This document shows, in pieces, positions 27,961 to 37,352 of a DNA stretch of 64,000 bases. Position 1 is the first letter of the stretch. Every line of letters begins with the position of its first letter. The stretch comes from Desulfurococcales archaeon (GTDB lineage Archaea > Thermoproteota > Thermoprotei_A > Sulfolobales > Desulfurococcaceae): NCBI GenBank assembly GCA_027022365.1, contig JALVYU010000031.1:96001-160000 (forward strand). Direction: 5' to 3'. A model generated the notes under the pieces. The model saw nothing but the letters and a program-made list of their open reading frames with translations, was not told where the DNA came from and searched no databases. The position numbers were made by a program, and so were the translations under genes.

Positions 27961-30282
27961 TTAATCTCGTTGTAAAAGCTTCTTCGAGGAAACGATAAGA
28001 TCAGCGGCTATGACCTGTCCGAAAGCTATACCTCCATCTCCTAGCGGTGTCTTCCTGGGCAGGAATACCCTGTCGGCCGCGCTGCGTATGCCCCTAACGA
28101 TCAACGAGTTTACTCCCGCACCTCCAGACACGACTATTCCGTCACACCCATACTTCTCACAAATAATCATGGCTGCTTCGCCGAGCGCGTGTCCGAGAAC
28201 ATACTGTACCGTGTATGCTATTCTCCCGCGGCTATAGCTATGATTATACAGGAGATCAATAGCGGACTCTATGATTGGATCTGTGTCAATTATGATCTTA
28301 CCATTATCAGAGATGATCTCCGCACTTACGTCTTTAATTGGAGGGGGCTTGGAATTATTCTCGAGCATGATCGCTGGTTCTCCCTCATATGTCCTTTCCC
28401 AGCATATTCTAAGCAATGAGCTTACAGCGTCCAGAAACCTACCAGTACTCGTTGTAAAGATACTGTGCCCCATCTCGATGAGTCGAGAGACTGCCTTATA
28501 TTCTTTCAGCCCCCCTGATACAAGGTCTTCTAGGCCAAGCCTCTTAACTATTGTATTTGCCTCTACACCGTATATGTCGAGAAGAATGCTGTAGAGGTAT
28601 CTCGCCGGATACACCACGTCTCTTTCGCCAGTGATCCTGTGTGGTTTTAGATGTCCCGCTCTCTCATACCATGGGCTACGCGTGTCGAACACTATGATCT
28701 CCCCTCCCCATATGCCCCCATCATCACCATAGCCTGTCCCATCAATAGCTATCCCAACAATAATTCCCTCTAACCCGACATCATAAGCCGCACCAAGAAC
28801 ATGTGCGTAGTGGTGCTGGACAGGGATAGCATCTAGATCTTCCTCCTCAGCATAGCGCTTGGCTAGCCCACTGCTAAGGTAGCCGGGATGCTTATCATAC
28901 GCTATAACGGGTCTCTCTACCCTATAGGCTCTCCTTAGAAAACCTATCTCGTACAGGAGATCCTCCTGCGCCCTTGGATGATCCATGTCCCCGATATAGG
29001 GTGTTAGAACTATTTTGTCCTCGAAACCAATCGCTGCAGCATTGGACTGGTCTGCACCGAAGCCAATTATCTCGCGTGAAAGACTCCTTTTAATCCTTAT
29101 CCAGAGGGGTGCATAGCCCCTGCTCCTCCTGATAAATACTGGTTCCCCATCAGTGAATCTCATCACACTATCATCGACACGATGAACTATCTCTCTGTCA
29201 TGGACGAGAAAATAATCGGCTATTCCTGAGAGCTTTTCCTTCACGCATTCTTCGTCTCTGCACATGGGTTCTCCATGGATGTTACCGCTCGTCATTATAG
29301 CGAACCGGTCCCGGGTTTCCATGAGGAATAGATAATGGAGACCAGTATAGGCGCGGAATACTCCCTCGTATGCCATCCCTGGGCTTACGAGCTTGCTTAC
29401 GGGCGTATCTTTTCTCTTAGGAAGCAATAGTATTGGGGCCTGAGGTGATTCTAGAAGCCTCCGGGCCTTCTCGTCTAGATAAACGAGTTTCTCAGCTATA
29501 ACAGTATCAAGCACCATTACGGCGAATGGTTTGTGAGGCCTCTTTTTCCTCTCACGAAGCCTCCTAACTATGTCGTCATCACTTGCTAGTGCAGCTAGGT
29601 GATAGCCTCCAAGCCCCTTGATCGCGACAATGTATCCGTCGTCTAGGATTTTTGCTGCTTCTCTTATCGGATCCTGTGCCCTTACTTCGTCCCAATTACT
29701 ATCGTAGAGTTTGAGTCTGGGGCCGTCCACTGGACAGCTGATTCCCTGGGCATGATATCTTCGAGTGTTTCCTAGATCACTGTATTCTTTCAAGCACTCA
29801 GGGCAGAGCCTGTATTTCTTCATGCTCGTGTTTACGCGATCATACGGTATATCATACATCATCGAGTATCTTGGGCCGCACCAAGCACAGCTGTTGAAAG
29901 CGTATCTATACCTCCTGTTGCCCGGGTCGAGTATTTCTCTTAGACAATCGCTACATATTGCAAAGTCTGGTGGAATGTTGCTTCTTCTGATGAGCTTCCT
30001 CCTGCTCGGCATTATGTTGAAGCTGGTATAGCCTGCTGGCTCATGTATTTCGACGCGTTTCTCCTCAATAATCGCTGGCGGGGGCTTCTCCTCTTCTAGA
30101 AGCTCGATGAACTTTGAGACCTTCTTATCTGGGCCTTCAACCCATATCTCGACCTCACTGCCCCCGGTATTTACAACGTATCCCCTCAAGCCGAGCCTAG
30201 AGGCTAGTCTATGGACGAATGGCCTAAACCCTACGCCCTGTACGAGGCCGACAACGATTATCCTAGCTGCTATCGTGCCCAC
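27961..30282 (-). CDS. hypF: Carbamoyltransferase HypF
   Basis: Acylphosphatase GLVQGVGFRPF, two zinc fingers, KGLGGYHLA, QHHYAH, DGTGYGDDG and GDGGIAFGQ motifs. Confidence 0.95.
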   Translation of the reverse strand: MGTIAARIIVVGLVQGVGFRPFVHRLASRLGLRGYVVNTGGSEVEIWVEGPDKKVSKFIELLEEEKPPPAIIEEKRVEIHEPAGYTSFNIMPSRRKLIRRSNIPPDFAICSDCLREILDPGNRRYRYAFNSCAWCGPRYSMMYDIPYDRVNTSMKKYRLCPECLKEYSDLGNTRRYHAQGISCPVDGPRLKLYDSNWDEVRAQDPIREAAKILDDGYIVAIKGLGGYHLAALASDDDIVRRLRERKKRPHKPFAVMVLDTVIAEKLVYLDEKARRLLESPQAPILLLPKRKDTPVSKLVSPGMAYEGVFRAYTGLHYLFLMETRDRFAIMTSGNIHGEPMCRDEECVKEKLSGIADYFLVHDREIVHRVDDSVMRFTDGEPVFIRRSRGYAPLWIRIKRSLSREIIGFGADQSNAAAIGFEDKIVLTPYIGDMDHPRAQEDLLYEIGFLRRAYRVERPVIAYDKHPGYLSSGLAKRYAEEEDLDAIPVQHHYAHVLGAAYDVGLEGIIVGIAIDGTGYGDDGGIWGGEIIVFDTRSPWYERAGHLKPHRITGERDVVYPARYLYSILLDIYGVEANTIVKRLGLEDLVSGGLKEYKAVSRLIEMGHSIFTTSTGRFLDAVSSLLRICWERTYEGEPAIMLENNSKPPPIKDVSAEIISDNGKIIIDTDPIIESAIDLLYNHSYSRGRIAYTVQYVLGHALGEAAMIICEKYGCDGIVVSGGAGVNSLIVRGIRSAADRVFLPRKTPLGDGGIAFGQVIAADLIVSSKKLLQRD

Positions 30283-30408
30283 ATAATCCACCCAGTTGTT
30301 CTGACCCAATTAGGTTCCATGGATTAACGGGGTATTAACGATATGCTGGGTGCTACGCCGTCTTTTTATTCAATTATCAATAATAACAAGTATCGTGGGG
30401 ACCCTGTA

Positions 30409-30618
30409 TTGGTTCGCTACAAGGTGTTTATCAACAAGAAGCTCTGTAAGGGATGCGGTATCTGTATAGAGATCTGTCCTAGGAACGCCCTGAGGTTCAA
30501 CGGGATAAATCCCGAGACAGGTTATAGGAATCCGGAACAGGCCGGCGAGTGTATAGGCTGTAGACAATGTATGTGGTACTGTCCAGACCAAGCAATAGTG
30601 GTGGTGGGTGAGCGGTGA
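30409..30618 (+). CDS. korD: 2-oxoacid:ferredoxin oxidoreductase delta subunit (2x[4Fe-4S])
   Basis: CKGCGICIEICP and CIGCRQCMWYCP; overlaps the alpha-subunit start (GTGA). Confidence 0.82.
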   Translation: MVRYKVFINKKLCKGCGICIEICPRNALRFNGINPETGYRNPEQAGECIGCRQCMWYCPDQAIVVVGER

Positions 30619-31718
30619 CTGAGAGATTATTTCTGAGCGGCAACGAGGCGGTCGTGTACGGGGCGCTAGATGCGGGCTGTAGATTCTATGCTGGTTACCC
30701 GATAACGCCTAGCAGTGAGATAATGCATCTAATGGCGAAGGAACTACCGCGTGTGGGAGGAGTGTTTATACAGGCTGAGGATGAGCTGGCAGCGATCAAT
30801 ATGATCATAGGCGCCTCATGGGCGGGGCTAAAATCAATGACAGCCACCAGTGGGCCTGGATTCAGCCTAATGCAAGAGGGCATAGGATACGCTGTAATGA
30901 CCGAGACACCGCTAGTCATCGTGGATGTGATGAGAGCTGGGCCGGCCACAGGACAAGCAACAAAATCTGCTCAGGGCGACCTCATGCAGGCCAGGTGGGG
31001 TAGGCACGGAGACCAGTACCTGGTCGTGATCGCTCCTATGACGCTCCAGGAGGCATATGATCTAGTCATAGAGGCCTTCAATATAGCTGAGGCCTACAGA
31101 GTACCCGTTGTATTCCTAATGGATGAATTCATCGGTCATGGAAGAGAGATAGTTGTGAGGAGGGATGCTGATAAACTAGTTGAGCGGAGGAGGCCGAGCG
31201 ATCACGAGCCGCCTTTCGGCAGCAAGGATCCAAGGATACCGCCTCCCATGCCGAGGCTCGGTGAAGGCTACTACGTGCTGGTGACAGGCTCGACCCATAA
31301 TGAATGGGGATATAGGGATGTACACGGGTTCGAGACGCACTACAAGCTTGTCACGAGGCTTAAGGAGAAGATCTGGGGCAATATAGACAAGATATTCAAA
31401 TACAAGGTGTATGGGGACCCTGATGCACGGAGAACAATAGTTTGTTTCGGATCAACTTGTAGGCCAGCAATAGATGCTGCCAAGAGAGTAGGGGGGACAA
31501 AGGTTCTCCGACTAATAACGCTGTGGCCGCTAGATTACGGCAAACTAGCCGAGGAGCTCAGCGATGCCGAGAAGGTTGTAGTGCCGGAGCTAAACCTAGG
31601 ACAACTGGTATACGATGTAGCCCAAGTATACCCGCGGAACAAGATACGCGTTGTCAATAAGGTGGGAGGAGGCATACCGATCTATCCATCCGAGATAATA
31701 AAAGCCCTGGAGGCGTGA
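30615..31718 (+). CDS. korA: 2-oxoacid:ferredoxin oxidoreductase alpha subunit (KorA-like)
   Basis: YAGYPITPSSE, TATSGPGFSLMQE, RWGRHGD and ELNLGQ motifs. Confidence 0.85.
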   Translation: MTERLFLSGNEAVVYGALDAGCRFYAGYPITPSSEIMHLMAKELPRVGGVFIQAEDELAAINMIIGASWAGLKSMTATSGPGFSLMQEGIGYAVMTETPLVIVDVMRAGPATGQATKSAQGDLMQARWGRHGDQYLVVIAPMTLQEAYDLVIEAFNIAEAYRVPVVFLMDEFIGHGREIVVRRDADKLVERRRPSDHEPPFGSKDPRIPPPMPRLGEGYYVLVTGSTHNEWGYRDVHGFETHYKLVTRLKEKIWGNIDKIFKYKVYGDPDARRTIVCFGSTCRPAIDAAKRVGGTKVLRLITLWPLDYGKLAEELSDAEKVVVPELNLGQLVYDVAQVYPRNKIRVVNKVGGGIPIYPSEIIKALEA

Positions 31719-31722
31719 CATA

Positions 31723-32553
31723 ATGGCTGAGCACTTCGGCCTCAAATACCTCAGGAGAGAAGTCCTACCAACAGCTTTCTGCCCAGGATGCTATAACGGG
31801 ATACTCATGAATGCATTATTCCAAGCATTCATGGAACTAGGCATAGAGGATCTAAAGAGATTCGTGTTTGTCAGCGGGATAGGGTGTTCTTCATGGATAC
31901 CCAGCCCGTTCATAAAAGCCGATAGCCTCCACACACTGCATGGAAGAGCAATACCAGTAGCTACTGGCGTCAAGCTCGCAAATCCCGAGCTCAACGTTAT
32001 CGTGATAGGTGGAGACGGAGACCTCGCAAGTATTGGTGGAAACCACTTGCTCCACGCCGCGAGGAGAAACATGGATCTACTGGTTATAATGATAAATAAC
32101 CAGGTGTACGGGATGACCCGCGGACAAGCAGCCCCAACAACACCCCATGGAATGATAACGCCGACAACGCCCTACGGCAATCCAGAGAGACCAATGGATG
32201 TAGCCTCCATTATTGCTGGTACGAACGCCAACTACGTGGCAAGATGGTGTATCTCACAGTATATCCCTCTGAAAAACAGTATCAAGGATGCACTATCCCG
32301 GTATAGCAGGGGTTTCAGGTTCCTAGAAGTATACGCCCCATGCGTAACCTATGTTGTCAGGAGAGAGGGTAAGACACCAGGGGAGAAACTGAAGGAGCTC
32401 ATGAAGAAATGCGTCAGAATAAAGACGTGGAGAGAGATGAGTCCCGAAGAGCGAGAAAAACACGTCGCGACAGGAGTCTTCAAGGCCGAGGATAAGCCCG
32501 GCTTCATCGAGACATACAAGAAATACATAGCCCAAGCCCTAGGTGAGAAGTGA
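31723..32553 (+). CDS. korB: 2-oxoacid:ferredoxin oxidoreductase beta subunit (KorB-like)
   Basis: FCPGC, SGIGCSS, HTLHGRA and the TPP motif GGDGD...NNQVYGMT. Confidence 0.85.
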   Translation: MAEHFGLKYLRREVLPTAFCPGCYNGILMNALFQAFMELGIEDLKRFVFVSGIGCSSWIPSPFIKADSLHTLHGRAIPVATGVKLANPELNVIVIGGDGDLASIGGNHLLHAARRNMDLLVIMINNQVYGMTRGQAAPTTPHGMITPTTPYGNPERPMDVASIIAGTNANYVARWCISQYIPLKNSIKDALSRYSRGFRFLEVYAPCVTYVVRREGKTPGEKLKELMKKCVRIKTWREMSPEEREKHVATGVFKAEDKPGFIETYKKYIAQALGEK

Positions 32554-33068
32554 TGCGTTCGGCAGGATTTCTCGGGATAGGCGGTCAGGGAATAGTATTT
32601 GCAACTACTGTTCTGGGTGGAGCACTTTACAGACTGGGCTACTATGTCGCTCAGCTACAAAACTACGGGGCATCTGTTAGGGGAGGAGCTGTCTATGGAT
32701 ATGTGGTCTTCGATGAGGACGAGATAGTTAATCCCTTCATAGAGGAGCTAGAAGTCCTCGTGATACTGCATGAGCAAGGACGCAGAAGATGGGAGAACAT
32801 AGTCAGGAAATCCAAGAAGATAATCTACGATAAAGATCTCGTTAAGCCGGTGGAGAACGGGATACCCATGTCGATAGCAGAGGAGGCGGATAAGCATGGT
32901 GTCTACAGAGCCCTAAACATGGTTGCCCTCGGCATAGCGTCAAGGATCCTCGGGGTGAAGGGCATTGATGAAGCGGTGGACGAGGTTCTGAGAAGCAGGA
33001 AGAACTATGAGCTAAACATTAAGGCCTATGAGATCGGCTTAGAACTAGCGGGGAGAGCTAGGATTTAG
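32550..33068 (+). CDS. 2-oxoacid:ferredoxin oxidoreductase gamma subunit
   Basis: GIGGQG, YGASVRGG, NMVALG and NIKAYEIG motifs. Confidence 0.85.
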   Translation: MMRSAGFLGIGGQGIVFATTVLGGALYRLGYYVAQLQNYGASVRGGAVYGYVVFDEDEIVNPFIEELEVLVILHEQGRRRWENIVRKSKKIIYDKDLVKPVENGIPMSIAEEADKHGVYRALNMVALGIASRILGVKGIDEAVDEVLRSRKNYELNIKAYEIGLELAGRARI

Positions 33069-33298
33069 AGGAGCCCTATCTCTTTGAATAGTTTAAGCGT
33101 TTCTTCAAGCTCCTCTTCATCTATCTTGCTGATCGCGACTCCTGCGTGCACCATTACATAATCTCCTGGCTTAACCGTCTCATCCTCGGCAAGACCCAGT
33201 ATGACCTCCTTACGTACTCCGCCCATCAGTACAGTCGCTACTTTTAGCATTCCCTCACGCCTTATACTGAGAACCTTAGCGGGCACGCCTAGACACAT
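33065..33298 (-). CDS. hypC: Hydrogenase assembly chaperone HypC
   Basis: MCLGVPAKV start (ATG 33298) and GDYVMVHAGVAI. Confidence 0.93.
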   Translation of the reverse strand: MCLGVPAKVLSIRREGMLKVATVLMGGVRKEVILGLAEDETVKPGDYVMVHAGVAISKIDEEELEETLKLFKEIGLL

Positions 33299-33315
33299 GT
33301 TCTCGTCCCCATTCA

Positions 33316-34347
33316 TTAACATATTCGAGGGAGATTTAGTGGGTTAGGCCTAACGATTACCCTGCCGCCGACTTCGGTCACAGCTACAACCCTACCCCTA
33401 AGAATATTGTTCGGTGGCTCTACCACCTCGCCTATTATGGTTGGCTTCTCGCCCATAGCCTTCAGTTCCTTTATAATATCTTCTGCTTTCTCCGGCCTGA
33501 CGCTGAGAACTCCTACTCCTTCGGACGCAACGTTCAATGGATCAACGCCGAGCGCGTCGAGGAACTCTCTCACTTCTTCCCTGACAGGGATACTCGCCCG
33601 ATCTATAATGATCGTCGTGCCCGTCTGGGTGCTCCACTCGTTCAGAATTGCTGCGAGCCCGCCTCGCGTAGGGTCTCGCGCACCCGTAATGTATTCCCTA
33701 TACTTCTTGATTACAGGTAAGACTGTTTTAACGAGGGGCCGGGAGTCACTGCGGAGACCGGTGTTCTCGTCTAGCATTCCCAGTCTGGCGGCTAGTACGG
33801 CGGCGCCGTGCTCGGCTAAGGGGCCGGTCACGACTATCTTGTCCCCGGGCCGCGGCCTGTCGATCAAGGGGTTTTCGGACAAGCCGATCCCTGTGCAGGA
33901 TATTATTATTTTATCTATCTTCCCCTTCGGCATGACCTTGAAGTCCCCACCTATTAGGGCAACGTTGTTCTCTCGTAGAACATTGATCATGCTCTCCACT
34001 ATTTTTTCCAGTGTGTTCTTCTCTAATCCTTCCTCGACTATGATCATGTCCATGAATGCTACCGGGTCAGCAGCCATCATGACTAGATCGTTCAGAACAC
34101 CGGATGCAGCGAGATGCCCTATGTCTCCTCCGGGAAAGAAGAGAGGATCGATTGTGAAGCTATCGCTTGCAAATACTATTGATTTATCACCAATCTTAAT
34201 TGTCGAGCCATCATCTAGAACATCTAGTCCGTAGCCACTAAGCGCTGATCTGAGTCTCGGCGGGGTCTTAGCTACAATTATCTTTTCTATTATTTCAGCC
34301 ATTTCCCTGCCGCCGGCACCGTGTATTATCGTTATTTTATCATCCAT
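33316..34347 (-). CDS. hypE: Hydrogenase maturation carbamoyl dehydratase HypE
   Basis: HGAGG, DSFTIDPLFFPGGDIG, GGDFKV, RDPTRGG and the C-terminal PRIC. Confidence 0.95.
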   Translation of the reverse strand: MDDKITIIHGAGGREMAEIIEKIIVAKTPPRLRSALSGYGLDVLDDGSTIKIGDKSIVFASDSFTIDPLFFPGGDIGHLAASGVLNDLVMMAADPVAFMDMIIVEEGLEKNTLEKIVESMINVLRENNVALIGGDFKVMPKGKIDKIIISCTGIGLSENPLIDRPRPGDKIVVTGPLAEHGAAVLAARLGMLDENTGLRSDSRPLVKTVLPVIKKYREYITGARDPTRGGLAAILNEWSTQTGTTIIIDRASIPVREEVREFLDALGVDPLNVASEGVGVLSVRPEKAEDIIKELKAMGEKPTIIGEVVEPPNNILRGRVVAVTEVGGRVIVRPNPLNLPRIC

Positions 34348-34428
34348 GCCGCCTTCGCCCCCTATTCTTAACGGGTTTAGCCCTCTAAATAGATGTATTT
34401 CCGGAAAGCCGAATTGCAAGCATTATTG

Positions 34429-35556
34429 TTACTGTGTCTTCTTCCTGTGGACGTGAGTCATTATAGCCATTATAGCGGCGAGGGCTACTATTATGGCTAT
34501 TATTCCGCCGAAAACCTCTTCCTCGGTGAAGGGCATCCTACTTGCTGAGGGGCATATTGCAGAGTATTTTAGCGTTAGATTTTCATTATTATTGATTATT
34601 ATGTGTATGTTGTAGTATCCTGATAATATGTTATTGAAAACCACGTGGAGGTAAATGTTCTTTGTTTCATTAGGGCTCGCTATACCATAGCCGTAGAAAT
34701 AGAACGATATATAGAGATCCTTACCCACACGCCAATGCTTCAGGTCGGATATGTCGTATTTGCAGTAATGTGTTGTTAATTGTAATGTAATCCCGAGCCT
34801 CTTAGCTAAGCAATCATACTTAATGCTGGGCACAAGAGATGACGGATAGACTTCATATAGTGTCTCCGTACTAATACGTTTTGTAACTGTTATGACGAGG
34901 TCTCCGGCGAGATAAGGCTCTACGGGAATGAACAGTGTGATCACTTTTTCAGGCGATGTAATGATGTCTGTGATCGTGTATCCAAGCTGTTGTCCCTTTG
35001 GATTACTAAGCGATATTGTGATACGGTGGTTTGTTAGATTTACAAATGCTATCCTCACCATAGCACTGTAATTGGCTGGGTACGATTGGCCGTTGATCCT
35101 ATGAATAGATACTGGGAACATAACCGTGGCTTTCTCTGCAGTATAGTTGGCTGTGTAGTGGTAGGTGATACGAAGAATATTTTCTCCTATGTGGAGACCG
35201 GACAACACTATTTTATATACAGGTAATATGCCTTGGCCAGCTATATACGTTCTAGTAGTTTGTAACGGAATTATCGTCCTGTTATTGAGTTCGACGATCA
35301 TCATTGATGCTGTAGGCACTTGTGCGGGGAGTAGTATTGTCTGGGCTTCCGTTGTCCGAGAATATATGCCGTACATTATATCCGTATATACTTGCAGAAT
35401 ATTGCCTCTTCCCACTAATGTCACTGATGCCTTCTCATATAAGATCTTAATAGGCGGTGGAGTTTCCAGGGTATTAATGGAAAAGACCATGGGCGATAAT
35501 AATATACTAATGATAAATAGTAGTGCAAATATATTCGTGTAGCGCCAGGTATGCAT
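34429..35556 (-). CDS. Hypothetical cell-surface protein (signal peptide, beta-rich body, C-terminal TM anchor)
   Basis: N-terminal hydrophobic signal, several NxT/S sequons, C-terminal TM followed by RKK. Confidence 0.75.
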   Translation of the reverse strand: MHTWRYTNIFALLFIISILLSPMVFSINTLETPPPIKILYEKASVTLVGRGNILQVYTDIMYGIYSRTTEAQTILLPAQVPTASMMIVELNNRTIIPLQTTRTYIAGQGILPVYKIVLSGLHIGENILRITYHYTANYTAEKATVMFPVSIHRINGQSYPANYSAMVRIAFVNLTNHRITISLSNPKGQQLGYTITDIITSPEKVITLFIPVEPYLAGDLVITVTKRISTETLYEVYPSSLVPSIKYDCLAKRLGITLQLTTHYCKYDISDLKHWRVGKDLYISFYFYGYGIASPNETKNIYLHVVFNNILSGYYNIHIIINNNENLTLKYSAICPSASRMPFTEEEVFGGIIAIIVALAAIMAIMTHVHRKKTQ

Positions 35557-35640
35557 TTCGGACTTCCACCAATACGTGTATAGGGGTCTATTGATATTCT
35601 GTAGCTATACGTATTTTTATACTATTATCGCAGAGCAACC

Positions 35641-36180
35641 CTAGTCATTGATTCTTCTCGACATACTCTTGTCTAGAGCGATCTGGATAGCTGTGACAAG
35701 TTCCATGACTGCTTTCTTGACACTATCCGATAGCTCCATTCCAATATCGAGTTTTTCGGCTATAATTGCCACTACGTAGAAGTCCTTGGCAGGAGTTTCT
35801 TTTTCCAGTAGTTTGAGTAGTAGCCTTATCGGGACGTTATGTGTGGTCGCGAGGGCGAAGGGCTCCTTTATGTTCCGGATACTCGACAGTATTATGGTTC
35901 CAGGCGGGACGCCCTCAGCATATCCCGCATCGATCATTATTATGCCTCTAGGTTTTGAACCGATTATTCTATCGAGGCAGGTCTCCAGCCCATACTCGCA
36001 CTCGATAAGACGGCTATCTCTAACACCTTTTTTCGCTAGCTGATCACATACCTCGAGGCCAGCCCTGTCATCTGATCGTAGAGGCGAGCCTACACAGGCT
36101 ATTATGTATTTGTTGCTCAGTTTTTCCACAAGGAACTTGAGAAGTTCTTCACTGCTCGGTCTAATTATCGGTTCTGACAT
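35641..36180 (-). CDS. hycI: Hydrogenase maturation endopeptidase (HycI-like)
   Basis: VGSPLRSDDRAG, IMIDAG and TTHNVP motifs. Confidence 0.85.
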   Translation of the reverse strand: MSEPIIRPSSEELLKFLVEKLSNKYIIACVGSPLRSDDRAGLEVCDQLAKKGVRDSRLIECEYGLETCLDRIIGSKPRGIIMIDAGYAEGVPPGTIILSSIRNIKEPFALATTHNVPIRLLLKLLEKETPAKDFYVVAIIAEKLDIGMELSDSVKKAVMELVTAIQIALDKSMSRRIND

Positions 36181-36274
36181 GTCTCTTCAACTGGGCATGT
36201 GTTCTCCTAATAATCTAGTTTTTCATCTAGAAGCAAGAAAAAAGGGTTTAACAGGGTGTTGTGGAAAAAAGGAT

Positions 36275-37333
36275 TTACTTTGGAGCGTTAGCCGCGCGCT
36301 TGAGCAGGTCTTCCCAGACGAGATCCACGTATTCCTGGAACTTCTTGAGGAGCTCCCTGTTCTCAGGCTTAAGTAGGTGTTTGAACCTGCCTTGTACCTC
36401 TACGAATTTCTCTATCGGCTGTTTTAGGCTTGGATTCCTAGCAATTGCTAGGCTTCTATCGGTCAGCATGTATCCTGTCTCTGGAGTCCACTCCCATAGC
36501 GGGAAGTAGCATGTGTCAACGGCTCTTCTCGCTATCTCTATGGCGAGTTCTGTGCCGTGCCTCCATCCACGATCACATGGGCTTAGGGCGTGGATGAATG
36601 CCGGGCCATCGACCTCTATTCCCTTTCTAACCTTTTTCATGAGGTCTAGCCAATGGGCTGGCGTGGCTGTTGCCACGTATGGTATGCGGTGTGCAACCAT
36701 TATGTCGGCTATTGGTTTCTTGGCCTGCTGCTTGCCGGGTATGACTTTGCCTACCGGGCTGGTCGTGGTCCATGCGAATGGCGGTGTTCCACCGCTCCTC
36801 TGTATACCCGTGTTCATGTATGCCTCGTTGTCGTATAGGATGTACAGGAAGTCGTGGCCACGCTCCGCCGCTCCGCTGAGGGCCTGGAACCCGATGTCGA
36901 AGGTGCCTCCGTCTCCTCCGAAGATCACTACGTCGACGTGCTCGTAGGGTAATCTACCAGTCTTCTTGAGCGCTTTGATAGCGGCTTCAACACCGCTACC
37001 CGTCGAGGCGGCGTTCTCGAAAGCGTTGTGTATCCATGGTACTGCCCAGCTGGTGTAGGGGAAGATGGTCGTCGCTACTTCAAGGCATCCGGTGGCGTTG
37101 ACGACTATTGTTGGGCCTCTGAACGCGAAGCTGGCCAGCTTGACTATTATGGGGGCTGCACAGCCTGCACATAGCCTGTGGCCGGGTAGTAGCGCTGGCC
37201 TCTTCTGCTCTGCGAGCTGTCTCGGATTCAGTATTAGCGGTAACTCGCCTTTCCAGCCGGGCTCGAATATCCATAGCTTATACGCGGGCTCGCCCTTCTT
37301 GATCGGGACCTGGGGTAGGGTCTGCTTGGGCAT
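36275..37333 (-). CDS. porB: Pyruvate/ketoisovalerate:ferredoxin oxidoreductase beta subunit
   Basis: GHRLCAGC, NATGCLEV, GGDGGTFDIG, YDNEAYMNTGIQRS and SPCDRGW motifs. Confidence 0.9.
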   Translation of the reverse strand: MPKQTLPQVPIKKGEPAYKLWIFEPGWKGELPLILNPRQLAEQKRPALLPGHRLCAGCAAPIIVKLASFAFRGPTIVVNATGCLEVATTIFPYTSWAVPWIHNAFENAASTGSGVEAAIKALKKTGRLPYEHVDVVIFGGDGGTFDIGFQALSGAAERGHDFLYILYDNEAYMNTGIQRSGGTPPFAWTTTSPVGKVIPGKQQAKKPIADIMVAHRIPYVATATPAHWLDLMKKVRKGIEVDGPAFIHALSPCDRGWRHGTELAIEIARRAVDTCYFPLWEWTPETGYMLTDRSLAIARNPSLKQPIEKFVEVQGRFKHLLKPENRELLKKFQEYVDLVWEDLLKRAANAPK

Positions 37334-37352
37334 GTCTCGATACACCCCCTTC

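Noticed and set aside
33407-34234. 275-aa plus-strand ORF
   Set aside because: Antisense shadow of hypE, with a Ser/Pro-rich composition and no motifs. The many short ORFs antisense to well-supported genes were dismissed for the same reason.
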